Shown here one piece after another: positions 7,518-16,547 of a stretch of 33,989 nt of DNA. The first letter of the stretch is position 1. Each line of letters opens with the position of its first letter. Position numbers and translations under genes: made by a program. The notes beneath the pieces are model-generated. The model saw only the letters and a list, made by a program, of their open reading frames with translations. It made no database searches and was not told where the DNA came from. The DNA lies in the IMG/VR virus record IMGVR_UViG_3300038608_000037, positions 1-33,989 of that record. The stretch is one strand, 5' to 3'. This DNA comes from a virus. Taxonomy: Duplodnaviria; Caudoviricetes.

Positions 7518-7667
7518 CTATCTCACCCGAGTTGTTTCTTCGAAGATAAGACGACTGTTAATGCGTTTTTCTTTTTTAGATCTTTTATATTTTATATTTG
7601 AAGGAGTTCCCAAAATACTAAAAGCAATACGCTCAGGCTTTCCTTTAATGCGTATCATTGTTGGCAT
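7518..7667 (-). CDS. Small basic protein (49 aa, not in the ORF track)
   Basis: MPTMIRIKGKPERIAFSILGTPSNIKYKRSKKEKRINSRLIFEETTRVR. Starts right after the upstream stop and ends before the terminator. Confidence 0.6.
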   Translation of the reverse strand: MPTMIRIKGKPERIAFSILGTPSNIKYKRSKKEKRINSRLIFEETTRVR

Positions 7668-7668
7668 A

Positions 7669-8127
7669 CTATACTTTCTTAGGGTAAAAATGGTTCATCA
7701 TATCATAATTATCATGAGCCATTTGTCTATCTACACCACGCAATGTATCATCTAAATCTTCTGGTAAATAGCCAGTATTTTTAGGATAGTCACGATATAC
7801 TACATTTTGAGGAAGATTTGCAATAGCTCTATGATCTTCATGGATCATACCAGCATCACGCATTTCTTGATGTCTTCTTGGTTCCATACCAGCATAATGT
7901 TCTGCACCGCCCATTGCTCTGTATTGGGATTGGCGATCATAACGATATGGGCCCATGCCGTAGCGCTCTCTATCTGAATCATTATGCATATCTCTATGAT
8001 GTTCTACATAACTCTCTTCGCCCATTCTTTCATGCATACTATCGCGATGCATTCTAGCATGATGAAGTTTTTCGCCACGGCTTTCGTGTTTACGATCTTT
8101 TTTAGATTGATGATATCTTTTTGCCAT
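7669..8127 (-). CDS. His/Arg/Met-rich hypothetical protein
   Basis: 152 aa, paralog of 7032-7469. Confidence 0.75.
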   Translation of the reverse strand: MAKRYHQSKKDRKHESRGEKLHHARMHRDSMHERMGEESYVEHHRDMHNDSDRERYGMGPYRYDRQSQYRAMGGAEHYAGMEPRRHQEMRDAGMIHEDHRAIANLPQNVVYRDYPKNTGYLPEDLDDTLRGVDRQMAHDNYDMMNHFYPKKV

Positions 8128-8180
8128 AGTAGGCCTTTCTGTAGAAATTGCGACTGACGCAAGGTTAATATTTCCTCTAA

Positions 8181-10262
8181 CTACTGAGTTACAGGCATTG
8201 CTGCTTCTTGTGGCACTATATTAGGTGAATTAACAGGTGCTGACACATTTTGAGCCGCGCTATTAGTCGCAGGAGTACCCTGAGACTTAACAGCGCTAGC
8301 TATATTTAAAAGTTTTTCTAAGTGATTCAAATCTATGGTTTCAATTTCTTTAAGCGCTTTAACAAGATTTAATAAGCCTATATCTTCGTCTTTAGCTGCT
8401 TGTGCGCGACGCTCATCTGCTAATGCTCTATTTTCTTCAACGCGGCTTAATCTTTCAACACCCAAACCTTGATCTGCTATGGTTCGTGCCTTTGCCAAAT
8501 CAGTTCTCGCTTGCGCTTCAGCCATTTGTGATTCTAATTGCATATTCTGCATTTGCTGCTGTTGTTGTTGTTGTTTATCAATCGCATCTACCAGCTGTTT
8601 CTTATTTTGAAGAGTAGAGGATTCCACAAGAACATCATTAGGGACTGGCACGCCCAGTTCACGCAACTGTAATAACTGTGCAAATTGCATTTGTCTTTGT
8701 GTACTTGTATTAAGACCATCTTCCACTACAGCATTATATTTACCGAACGCCTTATTATAAAATTGTGGAGCAGGCTCTTGGCCTTCAAGGATCTTCTTTA
8801 TTTTTCCTGGAGTAAAGTTAGCTTGAATAGTATCTATTATTAAACGACCTAAGAGTTTTTGAGAATGATCTAATTGATCAAAAAGGGATTGCAATGTGGT
8901 GAGACCAGCACCCTGGCGAAGCATGGATAAAACCCCCGCTTTATCATCCATAGCGCTACCAAGAAGTTCTTCATTTACTCCAGAAATTTGGCTAATTTCT
9001 TGACCTAATAACTCAGAAAGTTGAATCATTGATGCAGGAATCGATGGCGGTAAAATTTGTTCCACATCGGACATTTGCGCTTCGTCTTTTAATGCAAGAC
9101 CGCGCCCTTGTCCTTGTAGATGTACATCCTTAGGATTAACTAATGCATTCTCTTTGTATTTAAATCCAGAATTTATTTGCGATTCTAATATATCAAGCTC
9201 GGTTATACGCCTTCTATTATAAAGATATTGCGCATCTCTTAATCCGCGAACAACACCCTGTATTCGATATTCCATATAAGGCATTTGTGGTACATAATAT
9301 GCAAAAACAGGCACAAATGGATAATTGTCTATACCTAATGGATTTGGGCCATCATAAAATACTTTTCCTTGAATAACTACTGCAAGACGAGTAGTGGGAA
9401 CTTCTTGATCTATGACGGTAATTTGTGGATATAAACGCAAAAATTCTTTAAGTTCATCATTCTTATCTAAGCTTTTCCACTCAAATGTTTCACCGGTTTG
9501 TGAGTCTACAAGCATTTTTTGTGTTCTGAAATCCCTATAATAATATTCATCATAGGTGAGGAGATTCTTCATTCCGTAGTTATAAGATTCGGCCATATAT
9601 TGGAATTTTCCGTCTCTACCTAAGCCGGAATCGCTACCAATAAGGCCCAGAATCTCATTGGCTCGATCCGGCATTAAGGAAATACATTCACGCTTACTCA
9701 AATATGATCTTTTCCAAATTGCGTTACAATCAGAAAGATCAGGTTTCTTAAAATATGGATCAATAAGAAAACTATTATAACTACAATTATCAACTTTTAT
9801 ACTCCCAGAAATAGGATCAGATCTATAATCTACCCATAATTGGAGGAGGTTCATACCTGTTACTAGTGCACCTTCAAATGATTCAGATATGGTCTCCAAG
9901 ACTCCTTCTTGGTTATTTATCCATAACATTATTTTTGTAAATTGATCAGCTGTTATTGCGTCACCATTTTCTACAGGTGTAACTATTGTTGATTTTCTAT
10001 TTCTTCTTTGATGGCCACTTATCATTTGGATAACACGCCTAATACGATTGAAGCTAAATTGACGTCTTCTATTTACTGGAAGATTGCCATATAAGTCATT
10101 CCAAAGCGTTTGATCGCCGCTATAAAAACGGGTATCGGTATCTGCTTCTCCCCAGAATGCTTGATTGATTGTGATAGATTCGGCATAAAATGCTTCCATG
10201 CGCGATAATATCCCACGATCATTCTCAGTATAGTATTGTGGTCCTAGTTGGGGAAATAAAAT
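8181..10262 (-). CDS. Portal protein (P22-like); probable non-canonical ATT start at 10262, first ATG at 10199
   Basis: FNRIRRVIQMISGHQRRNR, YPFVP, GVVRGLRDAQYLYNRR, SGVNEELLG and a Gln-rich C-terminal coil. Follows terminase. AAGGAG lies 5 nt upstream of an in-frame ATT. Confidence 0.88.
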   Translation of the reverse strand: MLFPQLGPQYYTENDRGILSRMEAFYAESITINQAFWGEADTDTRFYSGDQTLWNDLYGNLPVNRRRQFSFNRIRRVIQMISGHQRRNRKSTIVTPVENGDAITADQFTKIMLWINNQEGVLETISESFEGALVTGMNLLQLWVDYRSDPISGSIKVDNCSYNSFLIDPYFKKPDLSDCNAIWKRSYLSKRECISLMPDRANEILGLIGSDSGLGRDGKFQYMAESYNYGMKNLLTYDEYYYRDFRTQKMLVDSQTGETFEWKSLDKNDELKEFLRLYPQITVIDQEVPTTRLAVVIQGKVFYDGPNPLGIDNYPFVPVFAYYVPQMPYMEYRIQGVVRGLRDAQYLYNRRRITELDILESQINSGFKYKENALVNPKDVHLQGQGRGLALKDEAQMSDVEQILPPSIPASMIQLSELLGQEISQISGVNEELLGSAMDDKAGVLSMLRQGAGLTTLQSLFDQLDHSQKLLGRLIIDTIQANFTPGKIKKILEGQEPAPQFYNKAFGKYNAVVEDGLNTSTQRQMQFAQLLQLRELGVPVPNDVLVESSTLQNKKQLVDAIDKQQQQQQQMQNMQLESQMAEAQARTDLAKARTIADQGLGVERLSRVEENRALADERRAQAAKDEDIGLLNLVKALKEIETIDLNHLEKLLNIASAVKSQGTPATNSAAQNVSAPVNSPNIVPQEAAMPVTQ

Positions 10263-10356
10263 GACATCTCCTTCTCTTCATTACATAGTGTCATTGAAAA
10301 GCAGATAAAACCGCTCTTTTTTCACCGTCGATACGTCGTCTCTGCTTTTCAAAACT

Positions 10357-10385
10357 AGTGTAAATGTATGTCTAATATATGTCAA
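10357..10385 (-). promoter_or_regulatory. Sigma70-like promoter for the portal operon
   Basis: TTGACA-17 nt-TACACT. Confidence 0.65.
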
Positions 10386-10413
10386 AAAAATACCCGCCAA
10401 TTACGACGGGCAC
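10384..10413 (-). terminator. Intrinsic terminator after terminase
   Basis: GUGCCCGUC-GUAAUU-GGCGGGUAU followed by a U tract. Confidence 0.65.
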
Positions 10414-10477
10414 TTTCTAGGAAACATGTTTGTTTGCACAGAACACAATATAGATTCTAGATTATTTAAAAAAAGTA

Positions 10478-11833
10478 TCAATATTTAGGGAAATCGTCCT
10501 TAAAGAATGACGGTAAATTAGATTGTGTACCATACATTGCTTCTGCATATCTTTTATCTAAATCTTCGGGAGTTAATCCATCTCGTGTCTTCGGTAATGA
10601 AATAGCAAGATATCTCATACAATCCGCAAAGTGTGATGTCCAATCATGAAGCGGCTGCGGTTTATATACCCTATGTCTTATATCATATTCTTGCCTATAA
10701 TTTTCTAATGCTTTAATTAATGGTGCACAACCCTTCTCATCTATCCAAAGCTTAGAAAATGTTGTTCTTACGGCTTCAATACCGTCTTCAATAGAAAGAT
10801 CTGGTGCAATAGTAAAAGATATACCAAGCTGCCGCGCTTTTTCAATACGCGATATACCGGATGTAAACTCACGTACTTTTATATCATGAGGAGCAATATG
10901 CTTGCCGTACATATATTCTTTTTGATTAATAACGGCAATATAGTGTTCAAGTCCATGCTTTGAATTTTCATAACAATCTATAATTCGCACGGTCTGACCG
11001 ATTACCTGAAAGAATATAATGCAGGTGGAATCCCTGATTCCTAAATCCCAGGCCGTATGCACTTTAAAACCAAGTTCGTAAGGCACTTGTCCTATCTGAG
11101 ATTTGAGTCTCATTCTATCAATATACTTGGCATAATATGCACCTTCTACACCCATAGTAAAGTCAGTATAATACTCCTGCCTAATAAGATCCTCGGACAT
11201 TAGACCATCAGCGCGCTCTTTTTCTATTTCGTGCAATGATATATGATTTGTATCTTCTACAGTAAGCTTATAACAAAACCACTGAGGTGACTGTAAAGCA
11301 ATTTGATAAAGTTCCCATAAATGATTCTTTCCGCGAGGAGTCGACAGAAATAAAGCCCATCCATTATTTGCAGTAAGAATAGGACGGATGTACTGATAAG
11401 CACGGGGGTCTTGGAGCGAATATTCCGAGAATACGACACCCTGCGGATTTGTTCCCATAAGAGAGTCATAATTATCAGACCCAACTATTTGTAATAACGA
11501 TCCATTTTTAAATCTAATTTTTAATTCTGAAGAGTTCTTTGTTTCAACTAGTTCATCTGGAGCATAATCTAATATTCTATTTCCCGTATTAGTAATACTA
11601 TCCCAGATCACTTTCTTGCCCTGCGAATAAGTCGGAAAAATATAGAATATAACACAGGGCTTTCTAAGACATTCTCTTATACAAAGATTAAAAGCTGTAA
11701 GATCTTTACCAGCACGACGAGGCAATATAGCTAATACTCTTTTATATCCCTTATTTTCTATCGCATCCCATATTGGAGCCTGATATGATCTAGGTTTAAA
11801 TCTATTGAGCTTTATTACTGTTTCTGCTTTCAT
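10478..11833 (-). CDS. terL: Terminase large subunit
   Basis: Q-motif PRSYQ, Walker A RRAGKD, Walker B-like GVVFSE, STPRGKNH coupling motif, RNase H-like WDLG..DST and HDWTSHFADCMRY. Confidence 0.93.
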   Translation of the reverse strand: MKAETVIKLNRFKPRSYQAPIWDAIENKGYKRVLAILPRRAGKDLTAFNLCIRECLRKPCVIFYIFPTYSQGKKVIWDSITNTGNRILDYAPDELVETKNSSELKIRFKNGSLLQIVGSDNYDSLMGTNPQGVVFSEYSLQDPRAYQYIRPILTANNGWALFLSTPRGKNHLWELYQIALQSPQWFCYKLTVEDTNHISLHEIEKERADGLMSEDLIRQEYYTDFTMGVEGAYYAKYIDRMRLKSQIGQVPYELGFKVHTAWDLGIRDSTCIIFFQVIGQTVRIIDCYENSKHGLEHYIAVINQKEYMYGKHIAPHDIKVREFTSGISRIEKARQLGISFTIAPDLSIEDGIEAVRTTFSKLWIDEKGCAPLIKALENYRQEYDIRHRVYKPQPLHDWTSHFADCMRYLAISLPKTRDGLTPEDLDKRYAEAMYGTQSNLPSFFKDDFPKY

Positions 11834-12071
11834 TTGTTTTATCTTGATTGAATTGTGTATTATTTAAAACAACGTCAGGATATACATATTCTATTAAATT
11901 TCCTAATAATAAAGACAATAAAAAAACAACAATAGACCTTTTTAATAAACAATAATAATGAATCTTGTTATTGGCAAGATAGTCCCAAAATGAATAAAGA
12001 ATAATAATAAAACAAATAACTAGATTACAACAAAGAAAGTCATATAAAATTTCTATTAAATCATTAATCAT
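11802..12071 (-). CDS. Small membrane protein (two hydrophobic segments)
   Basis: Two ~20-aa hydrophobic stretches. Coupled with flanking ORFs. Confidence 0.5.
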   Translation of the reverse strand: MINDLIEILYDFLCCNLVICFIIILYSFWDYLANNKIHYYCLLKRSIVVFLLSLLLGNLIEYVYPDVVLNNTQFNQDKTNESRNSNKAQ

Positions 12072-12583
12072 AAATTCTCATATGTTTTAAATGGTGTTAG
12101 TGTTTCAATAAAAGTATTAATATAATATTCACCTAGTTCGTCATGCAAAAGTTCATACTGTAATAATAAATTATTTGTACTATTTTTAACTCTTTTTAAA
12201 TTTTTATACAAAATCAAATCATTTAACATAAGTAAATAAAAATCAGGGATTTCGGAACATATCTTTGATATTTTATTTAATAAATAACAAAGATATATAT
12301 GACCCTCAATTCTAGTTTCTATTTTTGCATTATAAATTTCAGAACTATAATCTTGAAGATCTTTTAAGGTATACAAGCAGGCGGTAATTAAAAAAACTAT
12401 TTCAGCAAATTTTCGTGGCTGTAATTCCAATGACAAAAGCTTCGGATTTATCGCGATATTAATCTTCTTTAATTTTTTCAATTCCTTTTCTATTGAATCG
12501 ATTATCAGCTCAATATTATTTTCTTCGTAGACAATTTTTTCATAGATGGGCCCGCGAAGTATATCTTTATTTTCATTATTCAT
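12068..12583 (-). CDS. Hypothetical protein
   Basis: 171-aa ORF in operon. Confidence 0.6.
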   Translation of the reverse strand: MNNENKDILRGPIYEKIVYEENNIELIIDSIEKELKKLKKINIAINPKLLSLELQPRKFAEIVFLITACLYTLKDLQDYSSEIYNAKIETRIEGHIYLCYLLNKISKICSEIPDFYLLMLNDLILYKNLKRVKNSTNNLLLQYELLHDELGEYYINTFIETLTPFKTYENL

Positions 12584-12624
12584 TTATTATTTAATCTCTT
12601 TATTCATATGCCAAACGCATCTCA

Positions 12625-12669
12625 TCATTGTTTGGTTGGTACTTTATCTTTAACTGAAATCCATTTCAT
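12625..12669 (-). pseudogene. Truncated DUF551-like gene start (MKWISVKDKVPTKQ*)
   Basis: Same N-terminal motif as the other DUF551-like genes, TAATG-coupled, stops after 14 codons. Confidence 0.5.
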
Positions 12670-12878
12670 TACTTGTCCTTATCTATAATTATAACAGGTT
12701 TCCAGCGCATTATTTCTGAACTATAAATATATAATTTATTACATTCAAATATTTCATGCATTTCCATCATACTATCAAATTTAACTATAACATAACCTGG
12801 AAAATCTACTGAAATAGAATCAACCATTACCCACTGATCATGAGCCGGCTTTTGTTCGTTAAAATTAATCCATTTCAT
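12669..12878 (-). CDS. DUF551-like small phage protein
   Basis: MKWINFNEQKP...WVMV...IMRWKP. AGGGG RBS. Confidence 0.65.
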   Translation of the reverse strand: MKWINFNEQKPAHDQWVMVDSISVDFPGYVIVKFDSMMEMHEIFECNKLYIYSSEIMRWKPVIIIDKDK

Positions 12879-12966
12879 AATTTACCCCTATAAAAATCAT
12901 TTATCACATTTACACAGAAATGGCCGCTTTTATTGGCGGCCATCATAATTAAAAAAACAAAAAACA

Positions 12967-13476
12967 CTACTCAGCAATGATATTTTTACACAAGGGAACA
13001 ACATCACTTTTGGCAGGCTCCATCTGTACTATTATAGTGGAACCAGATTTCTGTTCATTATCAATTACTTTCAATTGCTTTTGCAAATCAAAAGTCCGCA
13101 TTTCTTTCTTCTCTAAATATTCGCGATACAGTATATCATAAATAGGCATCAAACGATGCACCACTCCGTCTTCTAGTTTATGATTACCCATCATCATTCG
13201 TATACCACAACACGCTCTTGCGAAATCTAACGCGTTGGTAAAATCTTCATTTTTATTCTTCTCAGCATACTTAAAAAACAAGTAAGGACTAATTTTCTTT
13301 GATATTGGAAATTGTTGCAGAAAGAAAGAATCGTCGCGCTGTGCCCACTCAATAAGTTCCTTAGTTAACTCATGAAGTTCATCAGTATTACGAGGCATTT
13401 TTCTCATATGTTCAGGATACTTTTCAGGTTTGCGCGCTATCGTCATACGCGCCTTACCCCACGTCAAATTTCCCAT
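12967..13476 (-). CDS. Putative terminase small subunit
   Basis: Helical protein with ARKPEKY start and an HTH-like segment followed by F..AL..AR, upstream of terL. Assignment inferred. Confidence 0.45.
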   Translation of the reverse strand: MGNLTWGKARMTIARKPEKYPEHMRKMPRNTDELHELTKELIEWAQRDDSFFLQQFPISKKISPYLFFKYAEKNKNEDFTNALDFARACCGIRMMMGNHKLEDGVVHRLMPIYDILYREYLEKKEMRTFDLQKQLKVIDNEQKSGSTIIVQMEPAKSDVVPLCKNIIAE

Positions 13477-13495
13477 ACGATCAATTAGTTTTCCT

Positions 13496-14014
13496 TTAAT
13501 CTTTCTTTAAACTTTTCAAATATAAATTTATAAGTAATTGCTTCTTATAGTTAGATCTTGGATTAATAGTATCTACACCGTCGGTGATAAAATTAGAACT
13601 AGAAATAAAACCAGAAAGACAAGCGATATCCATTAAGATATTATGCATAGACTTATATCGATTAATAAAATCTTCTTTGGTTTTTAAATATTCAGTTTTA
13701 AAGTAATCACCTGTCTTATAAAGAAGTGCCATACCCAAAGCGATCTTTACACTACCGATAAATCTATCTTTAAATCTAGCAGCAGGAGTTTTGCCGAAAT
13801 TTGATCCAGCTAATTCGATATATTCTTCGAGATTATATCGATCTACATTAGGCTTAACTAATTCCAAAACCTTATTAACTTCAGAATTAAGTATAGCTTT
13901 CTGAATTTCTTCATGCTCTGATACAACAGAATTAGAACAAAATAAACCACTTAAGGATTTAATACCATAAGCCTGTGTAGATAAACATAAAAGAAGAAAT
14001 AAAAGTTTTTTCAT
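13496..14014 (-). CDS. Hypothetical exported or membrane protein
   Basis: Classical signal peptide MKKLLFLLLCLSTQAYG. Confidence 0.65.
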   Translation of the reverse strand: MKKLLFLLLCLSTQAYGIKSLSGLFCSNSVVSEHEEIQKAILNSEVNKVLELVKPNVDRYNLEEYIELAGSNFGKTPAARFKDRFIGSVKIALGMALLYKTGDYFKTEYLKTKEDFINRYKSMHNILMDIACLSGFISSSNFITDGVDTINPRSNYKKQLLINLYLKSLKKD

Positions 14015-14117
14015 AGTAATTCCTGTTTTTAATTGCTAAATATATCAATAATTTTAATGAAAACAAATATAGAATAGGAGACATAAATTATAGGAAAAAT
14101 ATAACACATAATTAACC

Positions 14118-15545
14118 TTATTGTATAATTTTCATCCAATTTTCTACAATCCTATAAATATAATCTTTCATAGTAGTCTCACCCACAAGTTGCGCTAAAT
14201 AACCATATGAATCACTATGCATAAACTCATCCACATTCTTAGTACGCGTTATTATATTTTGAGTGAAAATCAACTCAGTCGATTCTTTTTTTGCCAAAAG
14301 GCCTTTGCCGTAATAAGACATTTTCATTTGATTTAAAGTGTATCCTTGCTCTTCCAGAACACTCTCTATACACAGCTCCACAAATCTTTTGCCGGCATCT
14401 AATCCAAATTCGGTAATTATATTTTTATATTCAGTAGAATCTACCAAAGCATCGATATGTGCCAATACTAAATCAGGACACATATTCTTCTCTCCTAAAT
14501 AACCATAAAAAGAAGTACGTACGAAACGGGCTACACCCATTTCCCATAATGCATTTTGCGGTATTACTGAATTTGATTGCGTAAGCATAAACCGATATTG
14601 CTTTGAGAAAATATGCAATGGGTTCTCTTTTCTTATAGCTAAATATGATTCTGGTAACTTATACGAATATGCGATTCGTGGTGGCACTACGTTCACTTCT
14701 TCCTTCTCTTTTTTAGGTTGTGACGTAATAAAAACTTCTTGTAGTTGATAATACGTGCGCCAATCTGGAACCAAATCATACTTATTGCAATATTCTTCAC
14801 ATAAATATTTAAACCAACGGTATGAATGCTTTGTTCCATATTGGTTTTTACTACTATAGCGGAATTGGGTCAAGGCGTAAGAAAGTGCTTTTTGTGGAAA
14901 AACAATAAGTTTAAATTTCTGATCTAATGTCAAATTTAAAGAATTGAGCTCAGATAATTCTTTTTCTATCGAATCTCGCTTCTCTTGTAATACTGACATG
15001 CTTTTTTCGGTAATTTGAATCTTTTTTTTATAACGGCCATTAATACTGTTATTAAAATATAAATAGTTATTTAACTTATTACTATAACTGCTTCTTATAT
15101 CATTCTTTATTAGTGTGATGTCATTTGAACCTGAATATGGTGGATACACCGGCTTACTCATTAACCCTGATGTGCTTAAAAATATACCCAGGTAAATTAA
15201 TACTTTTATTATATCCGGTGTCGGCTTTAATAAGAATTCTGAAACTCGATAGTTTGATGCCCTTTTTACCCCATTAAACTTCTTCGCTATTAACCCCAAA
15301 CCATCCAATTTTTTTATATATCTATTTACTGTCTCTCTTCTAATATTACATTTTTTACCCAACCACTCTTGCGAAAAATATATCTCTTTGTGACATCGGC
15401 CAAATGATATGAAATTACGAATCATGCGACAGAGTCCCCTCTTCGCATTAAAAGAATTTAAATATCTTTTAGCTGTCGTGGAAAATTTTGTAGTTGGAAT
15501 TATTTTTTCTAAAAAGTATTGTTGACTAGTGTTTTTAAATTTCAT
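14118..15545 (-). CDS. Putative replication initiator with N-terminal winged HTH
   Basis: IYFSQEWLGKKCNIRRETVNRYIKKLDGLGLI...N.Y (HTH_36-like). Lies next to a repeat-rich AT region. Confidence 0.65.
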   Translation of the reverse strand: MKFKNTSQQYFLEKIIPTTKFSTTAKRYLNSFNAKRGLCRMIRNFISFGRCHKEIYFSQEWLGKKCNIRRETVNRYIKKLDGLGLIAKKFNGVKRASNYRVSEFLLKPTPDIIKVLIYLGIFLSTSGLMSKPVYPPYSGSNDITLIKNDIRSSYSNKLNNYLYFNNSINGRYKKKIQITEKSMSVLQEKRDSIEKELSELNSLNLTLDQKFKLIVFPQKALSYALTQFRYSSKNQYGTKHSYRWFKYLCEEYCNKYDLVPDWRTYYQLQEVFITSQPKKEKEEVNVVPPRIAYSYKLPESYLAIRKENPLHIFSKQYRFMLTQSNSVIPQNALWEMGVARFVRTSFYGYLGEKNMCPDLVLAHIDALVDSTEYKNIITEFGLDAGKRFVELCIESVLEEQGYTLNQMKMSYYGKGLLAKKESTELIFTQNIITRTKNVDEFMHSDSYGYLAQLVGETTMKDYIYRIVENWMKIIQ

Positions 15546-15800
15546 ATACTTATTCTCGTGTTGAAATACTAATTATCATATTGATATACTAACTTTATGT
15601 TATTCATGTATTAATTCTCGTGTTTATATTAATTTCATTGTTATTCATACGGCTTATTATCGTATCGCTTAATTTTATATTTCATGCACATCCTAGAGTT
15701 ATAATTCATATTGTATAATTTTATTGTGGTAAATTAAATTTTGCGTATTTTATTTCTCTTGTTTCTTGTAAAAATAAGCCGATTTATAGTCGGCTTATTT
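15546..15800. promoter_or_regulatory. AT-rich rep-upstream control or origin-like region
   Basis: Repeated TTCTCGTGTT and TGTTATTCAT. 11-bp inverted repeat at 15772-15782/15790-15800. Confidence 0.35.
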
Positions 15801-15908
15801 CGTTTTATTTAATAAACCAATTGTATTTTTAAATATTATATTCTCATTTTTTCCATTTATCTATTTTTCTTTAAAACTTTCATGGTGTAAAAATTATCAT
15901 TGATTATG

Positions 15909-15941
15909 TTACATATGTGTGTTATATTACATATGTGTGTT
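15909..15941 (+). repeat. 15-bp direct repeat TTACATATGTGTGTT x2, putative operator
   Basis: 15909-15923 and 15927-15941. Related motif at 23001-23032. Confidence 0.55.
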
Positions 15942-15978
15942 TAACATTGCAAGAAAATATAAATGTAAGGGAATAATT

Positions 15979-16236
15979 ATGGAAACAACATTTTCAAAAC
16001 AGAGTATTAATTTTTACGAAAAAGTAGCAGAATTGTGTAAATTGGGTCGATTAGCAAAGCAGGTAGGTAGTAGAAAAAATGCAGAGGATCTTAAAGATAA
16101 AATCTATTTACAAATGGCAGTAATTTGTAACGATTTAAGAGAATTTGAACCAGAATTTAAAGTTGTATATCCTATGTTAGCTGATTTGTATGATAATTTG
16201 CTTGCTTTCTATGATCATAACAATAATAAGAGGTAA
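15979..16236 (+). CDS. Hypothetical protein (start METTFSKQ)
   Basis: ATG at 15979 with AAGGGA RBS, in frame with track ORF 15919. Confidence 0.65.
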   Translation: METTFSKQSINFYEKVAELCKLGRLAKQVGSRKNAEDLKDKIYLQMAVICNDLREFEPEFKVVYPMLADLYDNLLAFYDHNNNKR

Positions 16237-16238
16237 AT

Positions 16239-16517
16239 ATGTTAGTAAATGCTGGGATTTTAGTCATGGGCGTATATGTGACATTTGGTGTAGTGCACTT
16301 GACACATAAATTAATAAAGGATTTTAGAGGGTCTAGAACAAATAAATTAGAATTATTATATAAGATATCTAAATTTGATGATAAAAGGGTGCCAACTATT
16401 ACACAAATTCCTGTGCGAAAACAAACACCTAAATGTGTTATATTACCAACTGATTCTCGGTCATCAGCATTAAGAAAAAAACACGGTCCCCAGCAATCTA
16501 CATCTTTAGTAAAATAA
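16239..16517 (+). CDS. Hypothetical protein with N-terminal membrane anchor
   Basis: GAGG RBS, hydrophobic N-terminus and basic tail. Confidence 0.55.
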   Translation: MLVNAGILVMGVYVTFGVVHLTHKLIKDFRGSRTNKLELLYKISKFDDKRVPTITQIPVRKQTPKCVILPTDSRSSALRKKHGPQQSTSLVK

Positions 16518-16547
16518 TATTGTTATCTACATAAATACGAAAAAATA

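Noticed and set aside
2083-8617. Short plus-strand ORFs (2083, 2829, 3669, 3904, 4287, 4454, 5453, 5860, 6547, 7561, 8402)
   Set aside because: Antisense shadows of better-supported minus-strand genes, with no convincing RBS or motifs.
10328-10340. GACGTAT in the portal leader as a fourth copy of the capsid-leader unit
   Set aside because: Only 7 nt are shared and the downstream hairpin with a complementary loop is not evident.
11257-11484. Alternative-frame ORF inside terminase (likewise 28749-28934 in the nozzle gene)
   Set aside because: Nested out-of-frame ORFs without lipobox, RBS or recognisable motif.
15919-15978. Extended N-terminus of ORF 15919 (also 26465-26385 and 30885-30847)
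   Set aside because: Downstream ATGs have better RBS or match paralog starts, and the 15919 extension overlaps the operator-like repeats.
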